64,000 nt of DNA, taken from the NCBI GenBank assembly GCA_040776945.1, contig JAXGZN010000002.1, positions 800,001 to 864,000 on the forward strand, read 5' to 3'. Positions within the stretch are counted from its first letter, which is position 1; every line of letters begins with the position of its first letter. Below, one piece after another: positions 1 through 9,546 of this stretch. The position numbers and the translations under genes were made by a program. Under the pieces are notes generated by a model that was not told where the DNA came from, did not search any database, and was given only the letters and a program-made list of their open reading frames with translations. The stretch comes from Methanomassiliicoccaceae archaeon. GTDB taxonomy: Archaea > Thermoplasmatota > Thermoplasmata > Methanomassiliicoccales > Methanomassiliicoccaceae.

Positions 1-125
1 TCTCCGCCGCCATCCTGCTGGTCTCCCTCATCCCGTTCAGGGAGGTGGGCCATGACGCCAGGACCGGGCTGATCGGCTCCGAGCGCCTCAGGCCGGAGGA
101 GAACGTTTACCACAAGTGGAGGTAA
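1..125 (+). CDS. 3' end of a truncated CDS, probably a membrane protein
   Basis: Open frame from nt 3 (SAAILLVSLIPFREVGHDARTGLIGSERLRPEENVYHKWR) to TAA at 123-125, with host-like codons and a hydrophobic start. Confidence 0.45.
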   Translation, partial: SAAILLVSLIPFREVGHDARTGLIGSERLRPEENVYHKWR

Positions 126-176
126 CGGGAAGCAAAAACCAATTCGCATAAATATCCCGCTTCCCTTCGACGGTCC

Positions 177-803
177 ATGGACGGCCTGAGCGATCCCTTG
201 CTGTTCCTCGGTCTGGTGGCGTTCATCTCCCTGTCCGGCGCGCTGATGCCCGGTCCGATATTCGCGACCGCCGTGGCCAAGGGATTCAGGGACAAGCACG
301 CGGGGATGAAGATCGCTGCCGGGCATGCGGTCATCGAGATACCTTTGGTCGCAGCCATCTTCTTTGGGTTCGAGGCCGTCCTCAAGGATGACGCGGTCTT
401 CGCCGCCATCGGGCTGGTGGGGGGCGCGTTCCTGTTCTACATGGGCCTGTCCATGATGCGGACCAAGATTGAGGATGGTCAGTACCAGGGCTCGAAGCTT
501 GGCCCTTTCACCGCCGGCGTGGCCCTGACCGCCGCGAACCCATACTTCCTGCTGTGGTGGGCCACCGTGGGTGCGTCCCTCATCGGGACCGCGTTGGGCT
601 ACGGCCTGATCATACTGCCTTTGTTCGTCATGGTCCACCTGGCCTGCGACCTTGGCTGGCTGGAGTTCGTCTCCTTCTCGGTGAACCGGTCCGAACGGTT
701 CCTCACCGGACGAAGATATCGGTACCTGTTCATCGGCTGCGGCGCATTTCTCATGGTGTTCGCGCTGTACTTCGTGGTCAGCTCCTTTCAGATCCTTTTT
801 TGA
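177..803 (+). CDS. LysE/RhtB family transporter
   Basis: SGALMPGP N-terminal motif, NPY.LLWW motif, about 6 TM segments. Confidence 0.88.
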   Translation: MDGLSDPLLFLGLVAFISLSGALMPGPIFATAVAKGFRDKHAGMKIAAGHAVIEIPLVAAIFFGFEAVLKDDAVFAAIGLVGGAFLFYMGLSMMRTKIEDGQYQGSKLGPFTAGVALTAANPYFLLWWATVGASLIGTALGYGLIILPLFVMVHLACDLGWLEFVSFSVNRSERFLTGRRYRYLFIGCGAFLMVFALYFVVSSFQILF

Positions 804-2196
804 CCGAGGGTGTCGCCGACCTTGCCTCCTCCTCGGTACCCTTTTGATACTTCAACGGTAAGGCGCGGGGGACCAGCTCAAGATCGGCCTGTACGGCGAG
901 CCTTCCGCAGCATGTCGAGATATCGATGCCGATCATCTTCAGGTCGAAGGGGGACCTCTCGGACGGTATGGGGACCTCGGACAATACCTTCGGCAGCCTG
1001 GACGATACTATCTCCCGGCCCATGCTTTCAGCTATCTTCCCGAGGGTTTCGGTGGGGAGGGGCCAGGGGAGGTCTAGTTCGATATCGAGATCAGTGAGCT
1101 CCAACCTCGGCAGTGATCCTTCTGTCCTCTTTACGGTGATCTCAGCTCGCTCGAGGACGAAATCGCCGTCGATATCCCAGGATCTGACCGTGGTCCTCTC
1201 GGTCCTGGGCGCGTCCTTCTCTGGCGCCCGCCGCACGAACGCCATCAGGCGATCGATGGTTCCTCCCTTGAACCGCTCCAGCACCAGGTCCGCACGTGCA
1301 TGGATGCGGGCCGGTATCTTGCACAATATTATCTTCCCGCCCTCACCGAAGGACAGGTTCGGCCGACCAGCGCATGCGATATAGCTCACCTCGATGGTCG
1401 ATGCGTTCTTGATGGCCCTCTTGCCCAGGCCTCGCCGGCCGAGGGTCGTCAAGGTCTCGGCCGACGCCAACATTAGGTCCGCTACCGTCCTTGCGTCGGG
1501 AATGGCGAACGACAGCCTGCCTTCTATGTCGCCGATCTCCTCCACCGCCCGGGCCGCTATGTCCTCGGCCGTTCCCTCGCATACCGCTACGGTCAGGTCC
1601 CATGGTCCGGGGTCCGGCAGCGGGGCCGGGGGGAAAGGATCGTCCTCCATCCCGATCAGCATTATCACGCCCTCCGGGACTATTCTGATGTCCCTCACCC
1701 TCAGCTCGAGGGGCGGCGTGCCGGGCTTGGCCGACGACAAGGGCGCCCTTATCGGCGGCAATCGCAGCTGATGCCCATCGCTCACTCCCAGGCCCCGGAA
1801 CAGAAAGCTTTGGACGAAGGGACCGAGAACGGCCAGTAGGCCTTTCGGGAAAGAGCAGCCCAGGTTAAGACGGAGGTCCTCTATGTCCAGGCCGGCCACC
1901 GAGATCAACGTCCGATCGCCCTCCGCTCTCGCTCGTACATCGGCCCTGGCTTCCGCCAGATACCTCACTCCCATCCCCCATGGTATGGACACGGTCCCCT
2001 CGATCGGCGCGCGAAGGGTGAGGGTTCCATCGGACGTCTCTATGCGGGGAAGGGAGACCAAGGATGCCGTGTAGCAAGCATGTAACAGTTCTGAACGTCC
2101 GATGCGGCCTTCGATGCTGGGTAAGATACCGGCCTCCTCGGCCTGACGCATAAGGCGGTTGATGGCTCCGGTAGCAAGGAAGACCGCGATCGGCAT
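778..2196 (-). CDS. Hypothetical protein (472 aa), possibly a two-domain tubular lipid-binding (BPI/TULIP-like) fold
   Basis: Long ORF with an AT-rich promoter-like tract upstream (2221-2232). The fold guess rests only on a repeated beta/alpha pattern. Confidence 0.6.
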   Translation of the reverse strand: MPIAVFLATGAINRLMRQAEEAGILPSIEGRIGRSELLHACYTASLVSLPRIETSDGTLTLRAPIEGTVSIPWGMGVRYLAEARADVRARAEGDRTLISVAGLDIEDLRLNLGCSFPKGLLAVLGPFVQSFLFRGLGVSDGHQLRLPPIRAPLSSAKPGTPPLELRVRDIRIVPEGVIMLIGMEDDPFPPAPLPDPGPWDLTVAVCEGTAEDIAARAVEEIGDIEGRLSFAIPDARTVADLMLASAETLTTLGRRGLGKRAIKNASTIEVSYIACAGRPNLSFGEGGKIILCKIPARIHARADLVLERFKGGTIDRLMAFVRRAPEKDAPRTERTTVRSWDIDGDFVLERAEITVKRTEGSLPRLELTDLDIELDLPWPLPTETLGKIAESMGREIVSSRLPKVLSEVPIPSERSPFDLKMIGIDISTCCGRLAVQADLELVPRALPLKYQKGTEEEARSATPSVKKGSERS

Positions 2197-2298
2197 GTGC
2201 GGTGCTATCTTCCACTGCGCTGTTATTATAATCCACGTTGCGGCGAGGTCCGGGCCGCTGTCCGCGCAAGGGGGCCGATGGCCGGGTCCATCGCTGTC

Positions 2299-3204
2299 TC
2301 AATCCCCTCTTCCTATGTCCATCATCCTCTGGAGCGGACGCCTCGCTCTCTCCATCAGCTCATCGTTCAAGGTCATCTCAGGACCCATGGATTCCAGTGA
2401 GGAGAGGATGTTGTGCAGGGTGATGAGCTTCATCGTCGGACATACTGCGCCGGGGACCGCATAGAAGGTCTTGCCAGGGTTCTCCTTGGCCAGGCGGTAG
2501 ATCATCTCCTGCTCCGTCCCGATGATGAACTCGATCTTCGGTGATTCCCGAACGAACCTCAGCATGCCTTCTGTGGAGAACACCGCGTCGGCCATGTCGA
2601 TGACCTCAGGCCGGCATTCCGGATGGACGACGATGGCGGCGCGGGGATGCTCCTCCTTGAGCTTTGAGATCTTCTCCACGGTGATCGATTCATGGGTGGG
2701 GCAATATCCCGGCCAAGGGATTATGTCCTTATCCGTCGACCGCTGCACGAAGGAGGCGAGGTTCTCATCGGGAATGAATATCACGAGATCGGCCTCCAGG
2801 CTGTTGACTACCTTAACGGCGTTCGACGAGGTGCAGCATATATCGGCCTCAGCCTTGCACTCCGCCGAGGTGTTTACGTAGGCGACCACGTCGGCCCGGG
2901 GGAAGTCCTTCTTAAGCATCCTCACGCCCTTGGGATCGCACATGGCGGCCATTGGGCAGCGGGCTTTCGGTTCTGGATGGATCACGATCTTCGAAGGGTT
3001 GAGGATCTTGGCGCTCTCGGCCATAAAGTCCACCCCGCAGAACACGATCACATCGGCGGAGGTCTTGGCCGCGGCCATGGCCAGGCCCAGGGAGTCCCCC
3101 ACGAAGTCCGCGATGTCCTGCACTTCCGGGGCCTGATAGTTGTGCGCGAGGATCACGGCGTTACGTTCCCTCTTCAGTTCCATTATTCGGTCCTGGGGCC
3201 GCAT
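2299..3204 (-). CDS. nadA: Quinolinate synthase A
   Basis: ILAHNYQ, GDSL, FCGVDFMAE, CPMA, YVN, CPTH, HPEC and CPTMK motifs. Start trimmed to the ATG at 3204. Confidence 0.96.
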   Translation of the reverse strand: MRPQDRIMELKRERNAVILAHNYQAPEVQDIADFVGDSLGLAMAAAKTSADVIVFCGVDFMAESAKILNPSKIVIHPEPKARCPMAAMCDPKGVRMLKKDFPRADVVAYVNTSAECKAEADICCTSSNAVKVVNSLEADLVIFIPDENLASFVQRSTDKDIIPWPGYCPTHESITVEKISKLKEEHPRAAIVVHPECRPEVIDMADAVFSTEGMLRFVRESPKIEFIIGTEQEMIYRLAKENPGKTFYAVPGAVCPTMKLITLHNILSSLESMGPEMTLNDELMERARRPLQRMMDIGRGD

Positions 3205-3332
3205 TAGTTTCGTGATAAAGAGGTCGATATAAATAATTGATTCTTGAGATGAGCGCGGGTCGACCATCCAGAGAGGGGCGGGGACGCCTGGTTTCATCAT
3301 ATTTATAATTCCCGAGCATATGATGCCCCGAG

Positions 3333-3773
3333 GTGAGCGACGAGATGAGGTCATCACGCGAGGCGCAGGCGGCCAGTTACTTCCGCTGCACCAACAGGGA
3401 CAGGGCCGCATTTGAGGCCGGTATCAAGCTGGCCGCGGTCTACCACCAGTTCATCGGCACTCCGGTGAGCTCATCCAGCGTGGAGAGCCTGGAGCGGGCC
3501 ATCGAAGAAGGGGTGAAGGTGCAGCCGTTCGTCGAGTCGGTGTCGGTGCGGATCCTCAGGGAAAGCCTCCGCTGCAAGAGGAACGAGTATGACTATCAGT
3601 CATTGACGGGAGATATGCTCGACGTTTCCGTGAGCATAAGGATCGAGGGCATCAGGGTGCTTGGGCGGATGAGGTATATCGATGAGATCAAGTATCCCTT
3701 GATGTACATCGAGGGGATCGAGCACCTTGGCCATCCACGATCCAATGAAGATGGGAGCAAGGCCCCTCAATGA
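3333..3773 (+). CDS. mptD: Archaeal dihydroneopterin aldolase (MptD family)
   Basis: RAAFEAGIKL..VYHQFIGTPVS, QPFV and YPLMY motifs. Confidence 0.85.
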   Translation: MSDEMRSSREAQAASYFRCTNRDRAAFEAGIKLAAVYHQFIGTPVSSSSVESLERAIEEGVKVQPFVESVSVRILRESLRCKRNEYDYQSLTGDMLDVSVSIRIEGIRVLGRMRYIDEIKYPLMYIEGIEHLGHPRSNEDGSKAPQ

Positions 3774-3972
3774 TATTTGGCGTGGGTATCGCGATGGCCA
3801 TCATGGACCTCGCAGGACCAGTGCCTCCCCTCATATCATGATGGTCAGAGAACCTAGGCGCGAGCGTTGAGGCATTAACGCCCAGAAAAGATATTAATCA
3901 ACGGACGCCCTTACGGGCTGGCACCAGTTCCCTTTGGAGTTTCGAGGGGCACGAGTTCGCTTCGGTGACAAA

Positions 3973-4518
3973 ATGAACACCACCATCAAGATCGGCATAA
4001 CGGGATTGCCTGGAGCGGGGAAGACCCATGCATTGCTCAAGGTCATAGAGATGCTGGAGGCCGAAGGATATAAGGTCGGAGGGATGGTGACCGAACCGAT
4101 CATCGAAGATAATAAGCGGACCGGTTTCGCCATCGTTGACTGGTCGAGCAAGGAGAAGGGGATCTTCGCTCATGTGAGCATTCACTCAAAGTTCATGGTC
4201 GGCAAGTTCGGCGTTGACCTTGATGTCTTGGAGGAGGTGGGCGTGAAGGCACTGCTGAAGGCGTGCGAGGACGCCGATGTTATCGTGATCGATGAGGTGG
4301 GACGGATGGAGGTCGAGTCCCAGACGTTCATTGACACGGTGAAATATGCTTTGGACATAGAGAAGCCGCTTCTCCTTACATTGCATAAGAAATCCCGCAA
4401 TCCCCTTCTTCAGGACATCAGGCGGCGGGACGATGTCCGCATCCTTGAGGTCACTCCGATAAACCGCAATCTTCTGCCGTACAAGATAATGAAGCTCATG
4501 AAGGGCGAGCTCCTGTGA
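3973..4518 (+). CDS. Nucleoside triphosphatase, THEP1/NTPase_1 family
   Basis: ITGLPGAGKT P-loop, VGGMVT, VIDEVGRME. Start at ATG 3973. Confidence 0.9.
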   Translation: MNTTIKIGITGLPGAGKTHALLKVIEMLEAEGYKVGGMVTEPIIEDNKRTGFAIVDWSSKEKGIFAHVSIHSKFMVGKFGVDLDVLEEVGVKALLKACEDADVIVIDEVGRMEVESQTFIDTVKYALDIEKPLLLTLHKKSRNPLLQDIRRRDDVRILEVTPINRNLLPYKIMKLMKGELL

Positions 4519-5624
4519 GCCGCCCTCCCGATTCTGTTCTGGTCCGAGAGGGAACGACCGACCTGCTCGTGCCATCGACACGCTCCGTGAAGGGGCCCGG
4601 TAAGCGGGTCGGCCGAGTGTTCTTCAATGATCAAATGGCGTTCAACCGCGATGTCACGATAATGCTTCTGAAGGCCTGCCCTCGGACCAGGACCGCCCTG
4701 GACGCGATGGCCGGAACTGGTGCGAGAGCGGTCCGCCTCGCCCGCGAGGCCAGACCGGACATGGACATCGTGGCCAACGATCGCGATGCCGAGGCCTGCG
4801 AATACATAAAGGCCAACATCGAGCTCGCAGGAAGCGGCAACATCAAGGCGTCCAATGATGACCTGAGGTGCCTTCTCGCGCGGAGGGCGTTCGACTATAT
4901 CGATCTCGACCCTTTCGGCACCCCGGTCCATTTCATTCCGGCGATCATGCAGGGCCTTCGCCGGCACGGGGTCGCTGGGATAACCGCTACGGACACCGCC
5001 CCCTTGGCTGGTACCTACCCGAAGAAATGCCTCCGACGCTACGGCGCGCTGTCCATGCGCTCCCCCTTCGGGCATGAGAGCGGCCTGAGGATACTCATCG
5101 GTCATATCGCGCGGGAGGCGGCCAAAGAAGATAAGGGCCTGGAATGCCTGCTCTCGTTCTACGCGGACCATTACATGCGGGCCTACGTGAGGGTGGTGGA
5201 TGGGGGCGCAGCAGCAGACCGGACCATCGCCGCCCTCGGCTTCATCGACTTCGATCGGGCGACCGGCGAGAGATCGGTCTCTCTCGAGAGAACCTCCTCA
5301 AGGTCAATAGGCCCGCTGTGGCTGGGACCTCTTCACGACCATGACCTTCTCACGTCGATGGAGGCGGGCGAGAACCTGCAGACCATGAAAAGATGCGCCA
5401 AATACCTGGATGTCTGGAGAAAGGAGCTGGACGTCCCGTTCTTCTATGACAACGATGAGCTGGCCTCGCTGGTGCGGACCTCGCCCCGACGCCTGGATGC
5501 GGTGTTGGAGGCCCTGGGAACGGAGGGCAGGGTCTCCAAGACCCACTTTTCGCCCACGGGGGTCAGGACCGACCTTCCGCTCGAGGACGTGCTCGAGATC
5601 TACGCGTCACTGGAGGAACGCTGA
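4515..5624 (+). CDS. trm1: tRNA (guanine26-N2)-dimethyltransferase
   Basis: VFFN..MAFNRD, DAMAGTG.R, DLDPFGTP, TATD, E.GLRIL, THFSPTG.RTD. Confidence 0.93.
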   Translation: MSRPPDSVLVREGTTDLLVPSTRSVKGPGKRVGRVFFNDQMAFNRDVTIMLLKACPRTRTALDAMAGTGARAVRLAREARPDMDIVANDRDAEACEYIKANIELAGSGNIKASNDDLRCLLARRAFDYIDLDPFGTPVHFIPAIMQGLRRHGVAGITATDTAPLAGTYPKKCLRRYGALSMRSPFGHESGLRILIGHIAREAAKEDKGLECLLSFYADHYMRAYVRVVDGGAAADRTIAALGFIDFDRATGERSVSLERTSSRSIGPLWLGPLHDHDLLTSMEAGENLQTMKRCAKYLDVWRKELDVPFFYDNDELASLVRTSPRRLDAVLEALGTEGRVSKTHFSPTGVRTDLPLEDVLEIYASLEER

Positions 5625-5668
5625 TAAAATCATTCAAATAACGGGATTATATGATGGAAGTTGATTAG

Positions 5669-6970
5669 ATGCCTACCTTAGCAGTGATCGGTTCGCAGTG
5701 GGGTGACGAGGGCAAGGGAAAGATCACCGACTACTTGGCGGAGGATGCGGACCTCGTGGTAAGATGCCAGGGCGGAGCTAACGCCGGCCACACCATCAAG
5801 GTGGGCAACGAGGTCTTCGCCCTCCATCTGCTTCCATCGGGCATCATCCGCGAAAACGTCCTCTCGGTCATCGGAAATGGCCTGGTCATAGACTGCGAGG
5901 AGCTCCGGTCCGAGCTGGATATGCTGCGCAGGACCGGCCGCACGGCGGACATGCTCAGGATATCGGACCGCGCCAACGTCGTTCTGCCATACCACCGATT
6001 GCTGGACGGTGCCGAGGAGCGGGCCAGGGGTGCCAAGGGAGTGGGGACCACCGGCCGGGGCATAGGCCCATGCTACGCCGACAAGGTGGCTAGGGCCGGC
6101 ATCCGCATGGGCGACCTTCTCGACGAGGTCTATCTATGGGAGAGGCTGGACACCATTTATCCGCAGAAGGAGAAGTTCGCTCAATCGCTGGGCATCCGAC
6201 TGGAGCAGGAGAAGGCGTCCTTGCTGAGGACCCTGCTGGAGTACGGAAACCTGTTCCGTCCGTACATCACCGATACGTCGGTCCTGGTCAACGACGCCAT
6301 CAGGGACGGCAAGAAGGTCTTGTTCGAAGGGGCCCAGGGAACCATGCTCGATATCGACTACGGGACCTATCCATACGTCACGTCGTCCAACTGCACTTCC
6401 TCCGGCATATGCACCGGCGCGGGGGTGCCGCCCTCCGCGGTGCAGGAGGTCGTCGGAGTGACCAAGGCCTACACCACCAGGGTGGGGGCCGGCCCGTTCG
6501 TCACCGAGCTCCATGACGCCGTCGGACTGCATCTCCAGAACGTCGGCGGTGAGTTCGGGACCACCACTGGACGGCCTCGCCGCTGCGGGTGGCTGGACAT
6601 GGTTGTGGTGAGGCATGCGGTCCGCCTTAACGGCGTCACATCTATGGCCATGACCAAACTGGACGTTCTCGGTGATCTGCCGAGCCTAAAGGTATGCGTA
6701 GCATACGACATAGACGGACAGGTGGTCAGCGAGTTCCCCGGCAGCATTTCCCGCCTCTCACGGGCCAAGCCCATCTATGAGGAGCTGGATGGCTGGGCCG
6801 CCGCATCCTGCCGGTCCGCCGACATAGTCCGAAAGGGATATGCAGCGCTGCCCAAGAACATGCGCAAATATCTGGACTTCATCACCACGAACTCAGGGGT
6901 GCCGATAGGCATAATCTCCTTCGGCAAGGGCAGGGAGGAGACCATAGACCTCCGCAGAAGGAAATGGTGA
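5669..6970 (+). CDS. purA: Adenylosuccinate synthetase
   Basis: QWGDEGKGK, GGANAGHT, GTTGRGIGP, EGAQG, TTTGRPRRCGW. Confidence 0.98.
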   Translation: MPTLAVIGSQWGDEGKGKITDYLAEDADLVVRCQGGANAGHTIKVGNEVFALHLLPSGIIRENVLSVIGNGLVIDCEELRSELDMLRRTGRTADMLRISDRANVVLPYHRLLDGAEERARGAKGVGTTGRGIGPCYADKVARAGIRMGDLLDEVYLWERLDTIYPQKEKFAQSLGIRLEQEKASLLRTLLEYGNLFRPYITDTSVLVNDAIRDGKKVLFEGAQGTMLDIDYGTYPYVTSSNCTSSGICTGAGVPPSAVQEVVGVTKAYTTRVGAGPFVTELHDAVGLHLQNVGGEFGTTTGRPRRCGWLDMVVVRHAVRLNGVTSMAMTKLDVLGDLPSLKVCVAYDIDGQVVSEFPGSISRLSRAKPIYEELDGWAAASCRSADIVRKGYAALPKNMRKYLDFITTNSGVPIGIISFGKGREETIDLRRRKW

Positions 6971-7047
6971 TCCCTAAGGGGGTCGGCAGGTCTGACACCG
7001 TCGAAGGTTATTATTAGTCAGAGCGCGGAACAATATCCGGGACATCG

Positions 7048-7527
7048 GTGCACGTCGAGATCTTTCACGCATCAAAGTTCGGGAACGGAGAACAGGTGGC
7101 CAAGGAGCTCCAGAAGGTTCTGGTTAGCAGGGGTGCGGAGGCCGAGGTGCATCATATCCGCGATGTGAACCCGAAGAAGCTCCCGTCTGCCGACCTATAT
7201 GTGTTCAGCTCTCCGACGAGGATAGGCAAGCCTTTGCGAGGGGCGCGCCGGTTCGCTGCCAAGGTCCGTCTTCCCGCTGAGACCAAATATGCTTTCTTCG
7301 CCACCCACGGCGCCCCGCGGCCTGACAAGAGGACCGGCAGAATGCCGACCTCGGAGGAGATGGCGAAGTGGCAGCGGACGACCTCCGTCATGGAGGAGAC
7401 CTTTGATTCCATCGGCCTGATCAAGATGGCCGACATGACCTTTTACGTCACTGGCATCAGGGGGCCGCTGGAAGAGGGTTGGCGGTCAAAGGTGGCATCC
7501 TTCGCGGACCGCATCCTGCCCCCATAG
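7048..7527 (+). CDS. Flavodoxin family protein
   Basis: S.FGN.E.VA, FSSPT, and a C-terminal GPLEEGW..K...FA pattern. Confidence 0.75.
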   Translation: MHVEIFHASKFGNGEQVAKELQKVLVSRGAEAEVHHIRDVNPKKLPSADLYVFSSPTRIGKPLRGARRFAAKVRLPAETKYAFFATHGAPRPDKRTGRMPTSEEMAKWQRTTSVMEETFDSIGLIKMADMTFYVTGIRGPLEEGWRSKVASFADRILPP

Positions 7528-7609
7528 GACCCGATCGGCCCATCCTCCGGACCTGACACCGGCCCCCCAAGGGATTTATTCTCTTGGCTCAAATCTTGTT
7601 CTGAGAACG

Positions 7610-8815
7610 ATGCAGTACATTGACAACATGGAAATCGGGGGCAAGAGGCTCCTGTTGCGAGTGGACCTGAACGTTCCTTTGTCCCTTGGTAAGGTTGCGG
7701 ACGACTCCCGCATACGTGCCGTCCTCCCTACGATCCGTTACGCCCTGGACAGCGGATCCCGGCTGATCATCGTCTCCCACCTAGACCGCCCCGGGGGAAA
7801 GGTGGACCCCCGCTATAGCCTGGAGCCGGCGTGCGAGCGGCTATCCGAACTGTTGGGGTCGCAGGTTCGCTTCGTCCCGCATGTGAAAGGGAAGGAGGTG
7901 CAAGAGGCGGTGAGAAAGATGGCTCCAGGGACGGCGATCATGCTGGAGAACGTACGGTTCGACCCCGGCGAGGAGAGCGACGACCCCGCATTTGCCAAGG
8001 ACCTTGCATCCCTGGCGGACGTCTACATCGATGATGCTTTCGCTGACGCCCACCGCAGCCACGCCTCCAACGTGGGCGTGGTGGAGCACGTCCCCGCCAG
8101 CGGAGGAGGGATGCTGATGAGGAGGGAACTGTCCACGCTGGGGCGGGCCCTCGACGACCCCCAGAGGCCCCTCATAGTGGTGATCGGTGGCGCCAAGGTC
8201 AAGAGCAAGCTTGGGGTCATAGAGAACCTCTCCAGGCGTGCCGACAAGTTGGTCCTGGGGGGCCTTATGGCCCTCCCCTTCCTGATGGCCCAAGGAAGGT
8301 ATGCGGGGAAGCATGATTTCAGCGAGGAGATAATCATCGGGGCAAAGCGGATCATGGATAGGGGCGGGGAAGGGAAGTTCGTGCTCCCCATCGACCTGGT
8401 GGCCGTTGATGAGAAAGGTGAGGACTTCCACATCCTGGCGGCCGAGGACGTACGGCCGAGCATGAAGGTGATGGACATAGGCCCAAGGACCATAGAGGAG
8501 TTCTCGATGGTCCTCCGCTCAGCGCTGACCATCGTATGGAACGGACCCATGGGCGCGTTCGAGGACGATGCGTTCAGACAGGGCACGAAGGCAGTGGCCG
8601 AGGTCATCGCCGGGACCCGCGCCTTCAGCCTGGTGGGGGGAGGGGACACCGGACGAGCGCTGGAGCGCTTCGGCCTGCAGAACAGCTATTCCTATGTCTC
8701 CACGGGCGGAGGCGCCTTCCTCGAGGTCATGGGCGGACGGGAGCTTCCGGCGGTGAGAGCGCTCCAGAACGCGGACCGGACGGCCGAGGGGACCGCGTCC
8801 CCGCTGCGGACCTAA
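7610..8815 (+). CDS. pgk: Phosphoglycerate kinase
   Basis: RVDLNVP, SHL.RP, LENVRF, HRSHAS, GGAKV, WNGPMG.FE, GGGDT, STGGGA. Confidence 0.95.
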   Translation: MQYIDNMEIGGKRLLLRVDLNVPLSLGKVADDSRIRAVLPTIRYALDSGSRLIIVSHLDRPGGKVDPRYSLEPACERLSELLGSQVRFVPHVKGKEVQEAVRKMAPGTAIMLENVRFDPGEESDDPAFAKDLASLADVYIDDAFADAHRSHASNVGVVEHVPASGGGMLMRRELSTLGRALDDPQRPLIVVIGGAKVKSKLGVIENLSRRADKLVLGGLMALPFLMAQGRYAGKHDFSEEIIIGAKRIMDRGGEGKFVLPIDLVAVDEKGEDFHILAAEDVRPSMKVMDIGPRTIEEFSMVLRSALTIVWNGPMGAFEDDAFRQGTKAVAEVIAGTRAFSLVGGGDTGRALERFGLQNSYSYVSTGGGAFLEVMGGRELPAVRALQNADRTAEGTASPLRT

Positions 8816-9546
8816 CGTACCCCGGCTGCCTTCAGGGTCTCCCTCTCCAGCTCATCTTCGGACGCGAGATAGCGGCGGCCTAAGACCTCGCTCCCCTCCA
8901 TCTCATAGACAAGGGGGATCCCCGTGGGTATGTTGAGATCGGCTATCTTATCATCAGATATGCCGTCCAGATGCTTCACCAGAGCCCTCAGGCTGTTCCC
9001 GTGGGCCGACACGAGAACGTTCCTCCCTTCCATGACCTCCGGCAATATCTCCTTTGTCCAGCAGGGCAAGACCCTTTCCAAGGTGTCCTTGAGGGACTCC
9101 CCGAACGGGAGGTCCGCGGGATCCACATCCTTATAGCGGGGATCGATGATGAGCTGCGACCGCTCGCCCGCATCCAGCGGAGGGGGACGGACCTCGTAGC
9201 TGCGCCGCCAGGCATGGACGGCCTCCTTCCCATGGACCTTGGCCGTCTCCTCCTTGCTCAGGCCCTGCAGGGCGCCGTAGTGCCTCTCATTGAGCCTCCA
9301 GGAGAGCTGGACTGGCAGATACATGAGGTCCATCCTATCGAGGACGAGCCAGGTGGTGCGAATGGCCCTCTTCAGGACCGAGGTGTGGACCAGGTCGAAG
9401 GTGATGCCTCCTCCCCGCAGACGGTCCCCGGCATCGCAGGCCTCCCGGCGTCCCTCCGGCGAAAGGTCCACGTCCGTCCAGCCGGTGAAGACGCCCAGCT
9501 TGTTCCACTCGCTCTGTCCGTGCCTCAGAAGGACCAGATGGGTCAT
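8812..9546 (-). CDS. gpmA: 2,3-bisphosphoglycerate-dependent phosphoglycerate mutase
   Basis: LRHGQSEWN, FTGWTDV, LNERHYGALQG, AHGNSLR, NIPTG. Confidence 0.97.
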   Translation of the reverse strand: MTHLVLLRHGQSEWNKLGVFTGWTDVDLSPEGRREACDAGDRLRGGGITFDLVHTSVLKRAIRTTWLVLDRMDLMYLPVQLSWRLNERHYGALQGLSKEETAKVHGKEAVHAWRRSYEVRPPPLDAGERSQLIIDPRYKDVDPADLPFGESLKDTLERVLPCWTKEILPEVMEGRNVLVSAHGNSLRALVKHLDGISDDKIADLNIPTGIPLVYEMEGSEVLGRRYLASEDELERETLKAAGVR

